Made by a program: the position numbers and the translations under genes
Notes under the pieces: generated by a model
Databases searched by the model: none
What the model saw: only the letters and a program-made list of their open reading frames with translations
Told to the model about the DNA's origin: nothing
Shown here: piece after piece, positions 18,495 to 25,662 of the stretch
How positions within the stretch are numbered: position 1 is the stretch's first letter
Layout of the letters: each line of letters begins with the position of its first letter
From: Candidatus Saccharimonadota bacterium
GTDB taxonomy: Bacteria > Patescibacteriota > Gracilibacteria > UBA4473
Reading direction: 5' to 3'
Assembly (NCBI GenBank): GCA_965228485.1
Contig: OZ245819.1
Span: 1,050,001 to 1,082,000 of the forward strand
Length of the DNA: 32,000 nt

Positions 18495-19532
18495 ATGAAA
18501 AAAATCTTGTTTCTGGTTTTGGCTCTGGGGATATTTCCTTTTCAGGTTCAGGCGGGAACGGAGATTATGCAGATTTTGGTTTTTGATTGGGATGATAGTC
18601 GTAAAAGTTTAACCCTTAAGTCATTAGGGTCTGGAACCGCTATTGATGACGATTTGGTCTTAACTAATAAGCATGTAATTGAATACGAGGAAGGAGTGCA
18701 GGGAGATTTTTTGATTTTGTGTCAGGCACAAGAGCGGCAAACGAGCAATGCTGATTGTCGTATTTCAGCGGGAGTCGTGGCGGTGCATCCAGAGTTTGAT
18801 GTGGCGTTGGTGCGTTCTATTTCTTCGAGTGTGTTTTTGCCGAAAGTAAAAGTTTCCAATGCTTTGGGATATAAAGGGCAAAATGTAAGGATTGTTGGCT
18901 TCCCGGCTCCAGTGGAAGGAGTGCAAAATTTTGGAGGACAAACAGCCTCTTTAGCAGTAGAAACCTGGTTAAAGTCTCCAGAAGAAGGTCTTTCTATCAA
19001 GGGAGATGCGCCGACAACCACTCGAGGAACGGTTATGACACGGGCAAGAGTTAAAGAAACAGGTGAAGATCTATTATACACAAATGCTCGAGTAAATTTT
19101 GGTAATTCTGGGGGAGCCGCTTTTGATCAGTTTGGTCGTTATATTGGAATCCCGACTTTTATGGATAGTGACGGAAATGCTTTTATCCTTGAATATAAGC
19201 AACTTCATTCATGGGTGCAGGAAAACTCTACAGGAAAACCTGTTTATGCCTCAGGGGGGCAGGCCTTTTTTGTTCAGAGTGAAAATCAACAAAAGGTCAA
19301 AAAAACATCGAGATGGTCAAGTCGTCTGTCTTCTTATACGCGTAGCAGATTGGCGAGTTCTAAGTCTCGTGCAGCCTCGGCTAATAGTTCTCGTTTAACT
19401 TCTCGTCGTTACTCTAATAATACTGGTGTTGCCCGTTTTACAAGTGCTTCAAAATCTTCAAATAATCAGTTAAAAAGTTCGTATTATCAAAGGCGGGTAA
19501 CACCTTATAGAGAAGGGATTAATCGTCGCTAA
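18495..19532 (+). CDS. secreted trypsin-like (S1 family) serine protease with a Ser/Arg-rich C-terminal tail
   Basis: Signal peptide MKKILFLVLALGIFPFQVQA from the ATG at 18495 (TTG at 18474 is less likely). Catalytic triad contexts are TNKHV, DVALV and GNSGGAAF. Confidence 0.75.
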   Translation: MKKILFLVLALGIFPFQVQAGTEIMQILVFDWDDSRKSLTLKSLGSGTAIDDDLVLTNKHVIEYEEGVQGDFLILCQAQERQTSNADCRISAGVVAVHPEFDVALVRSISSSVFLPKVKVSNALGYKGQNVRIVGFPAPVEGVQNFGGQTASLAVETWLKSPEEGLSIKGDAPTTTRGTVMTRARVKETGEDLLYTNARVNFGNSGGAAFDQFGRYIGIPTFMDSDGNAFILEYKQLHSWVQENSTGKPVYASGGQAFFVQSENQQKVKKTSRWSSRLSSYTRSRLASSKSRAASANSSRLTSRRYSNNTGVARFTSASKSSNNQLKSSYYQRRVTPYREGINRR

Positions 19533-19553
19533 GGAAAAAAGAGGTATTCTCTC

Positions 19554-19581
19554 TTGACAGCCTTTAACTAATTCATAGAAT
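19554..19581 (+). promoter_or_regulatory. sigma70-type promoter of the ribosomal protein operon (TTGACA-16 nt-TAGAAT)
   Basis: Exact TTGACA at 19554-19559 and TAGAAT at 19576-19581. A leader of about 105 nt follows, with a 9-bp long-range helix (19588-19596 / 19657-19665). Confidence 0.6.
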
Positions 19582-19692
19582 CGCCCGGCTTTAATACGGT
19601 TTTGCAAGGACATTACACGTTTTAGCTACTGAATTCGGGGGGTGATTACTTCTCGATATTAAAGCAAATTCATTTACTGCTTTTATTTAGCA

Positions 19693-20109
19693 ATGCTTCA
19701 GCCTAAAAAAACTAAATTTCGACGATTGCATCGTATGCGATCCCAAGATAAAGGGGTGGCTACGAGAGGAAATAAGATTTCTTTTGGAGAGGTTGGTCTT
19801 AAGGCCACTACTGCAGGGGAGATTAATGCGCGTCAAATTGAGGCTGCTCGTCGAGCGATTGCTCGTGCGGTTAAGCGAGGGGGAAAGATTTGGATTCGAG
19901 TTTTTCCTGATAAGGTTTTAACGGCTAAGTCTGGTGAGGTTCCAATGGGATCAGGGAAAGGGGCGCCAGATAAGTGGGTGGCTCAGGTTAAGCCTGGGAA
20001 AGTTCTCTTTGAAATGTCTGGAGCTGATCCAGAGTTGATGAAAGAGGCTTTAAAGCTTGCTTCTTATAAGCTTTGCGTGAAGTCTAAAGTTGTAACTAAC
20101 GAAATCTAA
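19693..20109 (+). CDS. rplP: 50S ribosomal protein L16
   Basis: [14 protein letters not shown] start and the [27 protein letters not shown] pattern. Confidence 0.95.
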   Translation: MLQPKKTKFRRLHRMRSQDKGVATRGNKISFGEVGLKATTAGEINARQIEAARRAIARAVKRGGKIWIRVFPDKVLTAKSGEVPMGSGKGAPDKWVAQVKPGKVLFEMSGADPELMKEALKLASYKLCVKSKVVTNEI

Positions 20110-20116
20110 GTAAACG

Positions 20117-20302
20117 ATGAAGATTCAAGAAATTCGGCAACTAACTTCTAAAAAACTGTGGGAACAGTTGAAAAAGACTCGGCGAGAACTAGCTGTGACG
20201 CGTTTTCATGTTAGGACTGGACAAAGTCAGGATACGGCAAAAATCGCCAAGCTGCGAAAGACTGTTGCTCAAATTTTAACACTTCTTAATAACGGGAAAT
20301 AA
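20117..20302 (+). CDS. rpmC: 50S ribosomal protein L29
   Basis: 61 aa. The EIRxLTxxxLxxxLxxxRxEL pattern and its position between L16 and S17. Confidence 0.9.
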   Translation: MKIQEIRQLTSKKLWEQLKKTRRELAVTRFHVRTGQSQDTAKIAKLRKTVAQILTLLNNGK

Positions 20303-20304
20303 TA

Positions 20305-20529
20305 ATGATTACTAAGCAAGGAACGGTTGTCAAAATCTCGGGTGAAAAAACTATCAAAGTTGAAGTGGCGGATTATCGTCCGCATCCAAAATATAAAAAA
20401 CAGTACCGAATTACTAAAAATTTCTTGGTACATGATGAAGAAGGAAAGGCTCAGGTTGGTGATCAGGTTTTGATTCAGCAATCACGGCCGGTTTCAAAAA
20501 GAAAATCTTGGACACTAGTGCAAAGTTAA
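20305..20529 (+). CDS. rpsQ: 30S ribosomal protein S17
   Basis: [16 protein letters not shown]...HPKYKK...HDE..xAxVGDxVxIxxSRPxSKxKSW pattern. Confidence 0.9.
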   Translation: MITKQGTVVKISGEKTIKVEVADYRPHPKYKKQYRITKNFLVHDEEGKAQVGDQVLIQQSRPVSKRKSWTLVQS

Positions 20530-20534
20530 AAACA

Positions 20535-20903
20535 ATGATTCAACATATGACCCGGTTACGAGTAGCAGATAACACTGGAGCAAAAACAGTTCAGTGTATT
20601 AAGGTTCTAGGAGGATCTAAGCGACGATATGCTCAAGTAGGAGATGTTATTGTTGTAGCTGTTAAGACCGCTGCTCCAAAGGGGGTGGTAAAAAAGAAGT
20701 CTGTTGAGCGAGCGGTGATTGTTCGTCAGTCATCTCCGGTTCGGCGGCAAGACGGAAGTTATATTCGTTTTGATGAAAATGCTGTGGTGATCGTTAATCA
20801 GGAAGGTCAGCCAAAAGGGACTCGAGTCTTCGGTCCTATTGCACGAGAACTGAGAAGAAAAGGTTTTCAAAAAATTATTTCTCTAGCTCCTGAAGTTTTA
20901 TAG
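20535..20903 (+). CDS. rplN: 50S ribosomal protein L14
   Basis: Canonical [17 protein letters not shown] start at the ATG at 20535. The ORF-track start at 20508 overlaps S17 and adds non-homologous residues. Confidence 0.95.
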   Translation: MIQHMTRLRVADNTGAKTVQCIKVLGGSKRRYAQVGDVIVVAVKTAAPKGVVKKKSVERAVIVRQSSPVRRQDGSYIRFDENAVVIVNQEGQPKGTRVFGPIARELRRKGFQKIISLAPEVL

Positions 20904-20905
20904 TC

Positions 20906-21286
20906 ATGAAATTACGAGTCGGTGATAACGTTATGGTGTTGGCTGGGAAAGATAAAGGAAAGACAGGTTTTGTCGGTCGAATCTTTCATTCTAAGTCACA
21001 AGTTTGGGTTGATGGTGTAAACCAAAAAACTCGACATGTAAAAGGTCAGCAAGGTCAGCCTGGTGAAAAGGTTGAGTTCTTCGCTCCAATCGATGCTTCA
21101 AATGTAGCGATTGTTGATCCAAAAACCAGTAAGCCTACGCGAATTGGTTTCAAGGAGGAAAAAGGTAAAAAAGTTCGAATTGCGAAAGCCTCAGGAACGG
21201 TTTTACTAGAACACAAAGGACAAGCTCCAGCGGCTAAGGCTGTTGAAGCTAAAGAAGATTCTAAAACGAAAACTATTAAAGCTTAA
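20906..21286 (+). CDS. rplX: 50S ribosomal protein L24 (with about 20-aa Lys/Ala-rich C-terminal extension)
   Basis: MKLRVGDNVMVLAGKDKGKTG KOW motif and its position between L14 and L5. Confidence 0.9.
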   Translation: MKLRVGDNVMVLAGKDKGKTGFVGRIFHSKSQVWVDGVNQKTRHVKGQQGQPGEKVEFFAPIDASNVAIVDPKTSKPTRIGFKEEKGKKVRIAKASGTVLLEHKGQAPAAKAVEAKEDSKTKTIKA

Positions 21287-21288
21287 TT

Positions 21289-21855
21289 ATGAATTCTCAA
21301 CTGTACGAACAATATCAGAAAGAAATTGCTCCAAAGCTTCAAAAGGAGTTTGGAATGACCAATGTTATGCAAGTGCCTAAGATTGAGAAGGTGGTAGTTA
21401 ATATTGGTATGGGGTCTTATCTTCAACGATTGGGAACGAAAGATTATAGTCATGTCGAGGAAGCTATGACTGCTATTACTGGGCAAAAGCCAGTGGTTAG
21501 AAAAGCAAGATTATCTGTTTCTAATTTCAAGCTTCGAGAAGGAATGCCTGTTGGGCTGGTTGCAACTCTGAGAGGGGACAATGCTTATTACTTTTTAGAT
21601 AAAGTAATTAACATTGTTTACCCGCGAGTGCGAGGTTTTCGAGGAGTGAAAAGGAGCATCTTTGATAAGGATGGTAACTGTTCATTTGGTTTTACAGAGC
21701 ATACAGTATTTCCAGAAATTTCTGTGGATGATGCTCGAAAAGTTCACGGTGTGCAAGTGACAGTGGTTACTAACACTAAAGATAAAAAATATACAGAGCG
21801 ACTTTTAGAAGAAATGGGGTTCCCTTTCGTTAAAGTTAATACTAATAACTCTTAA
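21289..21855 (+). CDS. rplE: 50S ribosomal protein L5
   Basis: [17 protein letters not shown], [27 protein letters not shown] and FGFTEHxVFPEI motifs. Confidence 0.95.
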   Translation: MNSQLYEQYQKEIAPKLQKEFGMTNVMQVPKIEKVVVNIGMGSYLQRLGTKDYSHVEEAMTAITGQKPVVRKARLSVSNFKLREGMPVGLVATLRGDNAYYFLDKVINIVYPRVRGFRGVKRSIFDKDGNCSFGFTEHTVFPEISVDDARKVHGVQVTVVTNTKDKKYTERLLEEMGFPFVKVNTNNS

Positions 21856-21860
21856 TTCTC

Positions 21861-22115
21861 ATGGTACGAAAAGCAATTTTCATCAAACAGCAACGGATGC
21901 TCGAGAGAGCTATGGCAAAGCGTGAGGATGGTACTTATCATCAAAAAAAGCACGCAACAAAACCAAAGGATAAGTATAAAACTAGAGCCTATAATCGGTG
22001 TAAGGTTACGGGGCGACCTCGTGGTTACATGCGAGACTTTGGTATTTCACGATGTCTTTTCCGTGAATTAGCTGAAAAAGGTGATATTCCAGGAGTGCGA
22101 AAATCATCTTGGTAA
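21861..22115 (+). CDS. rpsN: 30S ribosomal protein S14 (84 aa, non-zinc type)
   Basis: C-terminal [39 protein letters not shown]. It lacks the CxxC pairs of the short Zn-binding form. Confidence 0.9.
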   Translation: MVRKAIFIKQQRMLERAMAKREDGTYHQKKHATKPKDKYKTRAYNRCKVTGRPRGYMRDFGISRCLFRELAEKGDIPGVRKSSW

Positions 22116-22151
22116 AAATATTTAACTTTAAAAAACTCTTAAGTTCTAAAA

Positions 22152-22535
22152 ATGGTAGATCCAATTGCAGATTTCTTGACTCGAATTCGAAACGCTCAAA
22201 TGGCGAATCAAAGTACTGTTGTAATTCCTTACTCTAAAATCAAAGAGGAAATTGCAAAAGTGATGATGAAAAATAAATTTCTTGACTCAATTGATGTTCA
22301 AGCGGTTGAAGGAAAAACATCACACAAAAACCTAGTGCTTGGATTGCCTGGAAAGTCTCTAACACTTAAGCGTGTTTCTAAGCCAGGTCAAAGAATCTAC
22401 CTTGGTCATGATCAAATTAGAAAAGTTCTAAATGGTCTGGGGATTGCTGTGGTTTCTACTTCAAAAGGAGTTATTACAGGTTATGAAGCTCGAGCCCTTA
22501 AAGTAGGGGGAGAAGTGCTTTGTGAAATTAGTTAA
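22152..22535 (+). CDS. rpsH: 30S ribosomal protein S8
   Basis: DPIADFLTRIRNA start, STSKGVIT and GGEVLCEI end. Confidence 0.95.
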   Translation: MVDPIADFLTRIRNAQMANQSTVVIPYSKIKEEIAKVMMKNKFLDSIDVQAVEGKTSHKNLVLGLPGKSLTLKRVSKPGQRIYLGHDQIRKVLNGLGIAVVSTSKGVITGYEARALKVGGEVLCEIS

Positions 22536-22542
22536 AATTATT

Positions 22543-23091
22543 ATGTCACGAATTGGAAAACAACCGGTTACGATTCCTGAAGGTGTAGAAGTTACTGTTG
22601 CTAATAATACGGTAACAGTAAAAGGACCAAAAGGAGAGCTAAGTCAGTCTTTTGAGCCGGAATACGTTACGGTGAAGGTGGAAGATAATCAGATTATCGT
22701 TGAACGACTAGATGATACTAAGCCTGCTCGATCTCGACATGGTCTATACAGAAGTTTGTTTGAGAATCTAGTAGTAGGAGTAAAAGAAGGATTTTCTAAA
22801 ACATTAGTGATTAAAGGGGTTGGATACAGAGTAGCTCAAAAAGGCACGGCTCTTGAATTTAATCTTGGATATTCTCATTCCATTACTTTTCCACTGCCAG
22901 AGGGAGTCGATGTTAAATTTGATGAGAAAGATCAAAATACATTCACCCTAAGTGGACCAAATAAACAATTAGTCGGTCAAACGGCGGCTAATATTCGAAA
23001 ACTAAGAAAACCAGAACCTTATAAAGGGAAAGGTATTCGATACTCTGATGAACATGTACAACTTAAAGCTGGTAAATCAGCAGCTAAATAA
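22543..23091 (+). CDS. rplF: 50S ribosomal protein L6
   Basis: Canonical MSRIGKQPVTIPEGVEV start at the ATG at 22543 (the ORF-track start at 22522 overlaps S8). KGVGYRV and EPYKGKGIRY motifs. Confidence 0.95.
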   Translation: MSRIGKQPVTIPEGVEVTVANNTVTVKGPKGELSQSFEPEYVTVKVEDNQIIVERLDDTKPARSRHGLYRSLFENLVVGVKEGFSKTLVIKGVGYRVAQKGTALEFNLGYSHSITFPLPEGVDVKFDEKDQNTFTLSGPNKQLVGQTAANIRKLRKPEPYKGKGIRYSDEHVQLKAGKSAAK

Positions 23092-23110
23092 TTAAATTCT
23101 TAATTTTATT

Positions 23111-23449
23111 ATGAAAGGACAAGCTAAACAGCAACGAAGACTAAACCGAGCAAGACGAACTCATGCGAAAGCACGATTGAGTGAGAAGCCTCGTTTAGTT
23201 GTCTACCGATCTCTAAAAGCTATCTACGCTCAGGTTATGGATGATGCAACTGGTAAAGTTATATGTGGGGCTTCTAGCTTAAAAGGGAAGAGTGGAATTG
23301 AAGGCGCTAAGGAAGTTGGTGTGAAAATCGCTGAATTAGCCAAGAAAAATAAAATTACAGAAATTACTTTTGATCGAAATGGATATCTATACCATGGACG
23401 AATCAAAGCTCTAGCTGATGCTGCTCGAGAAGCAGGACTTAAATTCTAA
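23111..23449 (+). CDS. rplR: 50S ribosomal protein L18
   Basis: [19 protein letters not shown] and [26 protein letters not shown]. Confidence 0.9.
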   Translation: MKGQAKQQRRLNRARRTHAKARLSEKPRLVVYRSLKAIYAQVMDDATGKVICGASSLKGKSGIEGAKEVGVKIAELAKKNKITEITFDRNGYLYHGRIKALADAAREAGLKF

Positions 23450-23473
23450 AGTTAACACTTACTTATCACATTG

Positions 23474-24172
23474 ATGACAGACGAAACAACTACTACCAAC
23501 ACAGAAGCTACTGAGGAAACTCAAAATACTGCTACACCTGAAGCAAAAAATGAGAAAACTCAGGAACGTTCTAACGATCGAAATCGACGAGGTCGTGGAG
23601 GTCGAGGACGACGAGATCGAGGTGAACGTCAACCAAAAGAGTTCGAAGAATCAATTATCCAGATTGATCGGGTAACTCGAGTAACAAAAGGAGGACGACA
23701 GCTTAGATTCCGAGTATCTGTAGTTATTGGGGATCAAAAAGGACGCGTTGGTTTTGGGACGGGTAAATCAGCTGAAGTAATGGTTGGAGTTCAGAAAGCT
23801 ATTGCTAAAGCTAAAGCTAACCTTGTGACGGTTCCAGTATTTGAAGATACTATTCCTCATGCAGTAACAAAAAAATTCAAAGCTACTAAAGTAACACTTC
23901 TACCAGCACCAGAAGGTAAAGGGGTTATTGCTGGTGGGGCGGCTCGTAAGGTACTTGAGCTTGCAGGGATTAAAAATGTTCTTTCTAAGATTCATGGTTC
24001 TCGAAATAATCTAAATGTTGCTTACACAACAGTAGCGGCACTTAAAGAATTGCAAAATCGGGCACCACATAAACCTAAAGCAGCTGAAGAAGATGCTAAA
24101 GAAGAAGTAAAAGCTGAAGAAAAACCTAAAAAAGCTCCAGCGAAAAAAACAACGAAGAAATCTGATAAATAA
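23474..24172 (+). CDS. rpsE: 30S ribosomal protein S5 with low-complexity N- and C-terminal extensions
   Basis: The core motifs (VTRVTKGGRQLRF, VVIGDxKGRVGFGxGKSAEV, GxGVIAGG, GSRNxxNV) are flanked by a Thr/Glu- then Arg/Gly-rich N-terminus (about 55 aa) and a Lys/Glu/Ala-rich C-terminus (about 40 aa). Confidence 0.9.
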   Translation: MTDETTTTNTEATEETQNTATPEAKNEKTQERSNDRNRRGRGGRGRRDRGERQPKEFEESIIQIDRVTRVTKGGRQLRFRVSVVIGDQKGRVGFGTGKSAEVMVGVQKAIAKAKANLVTVPVFEDTIPHAVTKKFKATKVTLLPAPEGKGVIAGGAARKVLELAGIKNVLSKIHGSRNNLNVAYTTVAALKELQNRAPHKPKAAEEDAKEEVKAEEKPKKAPAKKTTKKSDK

Positions 24173-24180
24173 TTTATCTT

Positions 24181-24642
24181 ATGAAACTAAATCAATTGGC
24201 TCCGAAAGTTAAAAAAGCGACTCGAAAACGACGTGGTCAAGGAAACGCGACTGGGAACGGTACTTACGGAGGTCGTGGATGTAAAGGACAAAATTCTCGA
24301 GCAGGAGGAGGAGTTCGACTTGGATTTGAAGGGGGACAAACTTCTTTGATCCAAAGAATGCCTAAGCGAAGAGGATTTAATAATCCAAATAGAGTTGAAA
24401 CCCAGGTAGTAGACGTTGCTCAAATTGATGCCGTGTTTAAAGATGGTGATAAAGTAAATCTTGCTACTTTAGTTGAAGCAGGCCTGGTTACTCGTGCAAA
24501 TAAGAAAGTAAAAATTCTTGCCTCAGGAGAAATTAAAACAAAAGTTGAAGTAGATGGTGTTACTTGTTCTCGCACAGCAAAAGAAGCGATCGAAAAAGCT
24601 GGAGGCAAGGTGATTGAAGTTTCTGCAGAGAAGTCAGAGTAA
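24181..24642 (+). CDS. rplO: 50S ribosomal protein L15
   Basis: MKLNQLAP..., RGxKGQxSRxGGGVRxGFEGGQTxLxxRxPKRGF. It starts 8 nt after the S5 stop, with no L30 gene in between. Confidence 0.9.
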   Translation: MKLNQLAPKVKKATRKRRGQGNATGNGTYGGRGCKGQNSRAGGGVRLGFEGGQTSLIQRMPKRRGFNNPNRVETQVVDVAQIDAVFKDGDKVNLATLVEAGLVTRANKKVKILASGEIKTKVEVDGVTCSRTAKEAIEKAGGKVIEVSAEKSE

Positions 24643-24666
24643 TTAAGAGCTTGAAATAATATTTAT

Positions 24667-24692
24667 AAGCGCCTATAGAGGGCGCTTTTTTA
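24667..24692 (+). terminator. intrinsic terminator ending the ribosomal protein operon
   Basis: AAGCGCC-TATAGAG-GGCGCTT followed by a T-run, 25 nt after the rplO stop. Confidence 0.75.
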
Positions 24693-24790
24693 TTATTTGT
24701 TAAAACTTGACATATTTTTATTTTTATTTAAAAAATAAGTTAAGAAATCAAAAACAAACAAAAATATTCAGGAACTAATATTTAGACCTA

Positions 24791-25585
24791 ATGTTGAGTT
24801 TGTCTTTGTCTCTGTTTGCAGCCGTTTCATTTAGTGGTGTAGAAGTTAATGCCTTCCATGCTACTGGTAGTATTTCTAGAAATGCAGTTGTTATGGAGCG
24901 ATCGGTTAAGTCTGAAGGTTCTTCTCGAGTAGTTATTCCATGGAAGGGGCATTTTTCGGCAAAAAATTATGAAACTTCTGGAGATAAATTGGAGTTAGAG
25001 TCTATAAAGAAGGGGTTGCGTTCTTCTATTCTGAAGTTGCCAAGATCGCATACTCAAGCTTTAAAGTCTCTAGAAATTCGAAATCAAAAACATGAGTCTC
25101 GAGGCCTGGCTAATTCCAAAAAAATTATTATTCATACGGCTTCTGTTGGGGATGAGCAAGAGTTGCAATCTGTTTTTATTCATGAATTAGGGCATGTGGT
25201 AGATCTCGGTAAGATGAATGGAAATAGTGGACGTACAACAGCCTTTTGGGATGGAAAAACGCCAGTATACTCTGATGATGTAAGTTTGAAGTTTTATTCA
25301 ATTTCCTGGAATAGTGCTTCTGAGAGAAAAGATGCAATGAAACGATCAGACTTTATTTCTGGATATGCTATGACGAACTGTTTTGAAGATTTTGCAGAAA
25401 GTTATGTTTTTTATCGTTTGCATGGAGAGAAGTTTAGAACTATTGCTGAAGAGTCTCCAGCGCTGAAAGCTAAGTATGATTTTATGAAGACCTATGTTTT
25501 TGGGGGGATGGAGTATCAAAAGCAAAAAAAAGAAACTTCATTTGTTCACAGTTTGATTTGGGATGCAACGCTGGTGAAGTTTTAA
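24791..25585 (+). CDS. hypothetical exported protein with HExxH zinc-peptidase motif
   Basis: Hydrophobic N-terminus (LSLSLSLFAAVSF). FIHELGHVVD (HExxH), with a later acidic FEDFAESY segment as a possible third ligand. No family assignable by eye. Confidence 0.55.
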   Translation: MLSLSLSLFAAVSFSGVEVNAFHATGSISRNAVVMERSVKSEGSSRVVIPWKGHFSAKNYETSGDKLELESIKKGLRSSILKLPRSHTQALKSLEIRNQKHESRGLANSKKIIIHTASVGDEQELQSVFIHELGHVVDLGKMNGNSGRTTAFWDGKTPVYSDDVSLKFYSISWNSASERKDAMKRSDFISGYAMTNCFEDFAESYVFYRLHGEKFRTIAEESPALKAKYDFMKTYVFGGMEYQKQKKETSFVHSLIWDATLVKF

Positions 25586-25662
25586 AAAGGTGAACTCTTA
25601 AAATATTTTACTTTTTTGTAAAACTTTCTTGATTTTGTTTGTGTTTTTTCCAGAATTAAAAC

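Noticed and set aside
20508-20534. Upstream-extended starts proposed by the ORF track: L14 at 20508, L6 at 22522, protease at 18474, NTase at 30071, FdtA-like at 31344, small ORF at 28235
   Set aside because: Each extension overlaps the preceding or opposing gene and adds residues outside the conserved family N-terminus. An internal ATG reproduces the canonical start in each case (MIQH... for L14, MSRIGK... for L6, and the signal peptide MKKILF... for the protease).
24707-24736. Possible promoter for the HExxH gene (TTGACA at 24707-24712)
   Set aside because: The -35 is exact, but the only -10 candidates at 16-18 nt are TAAAAA/AAAAAT within a long A/T run. That is too ambiguous to call.
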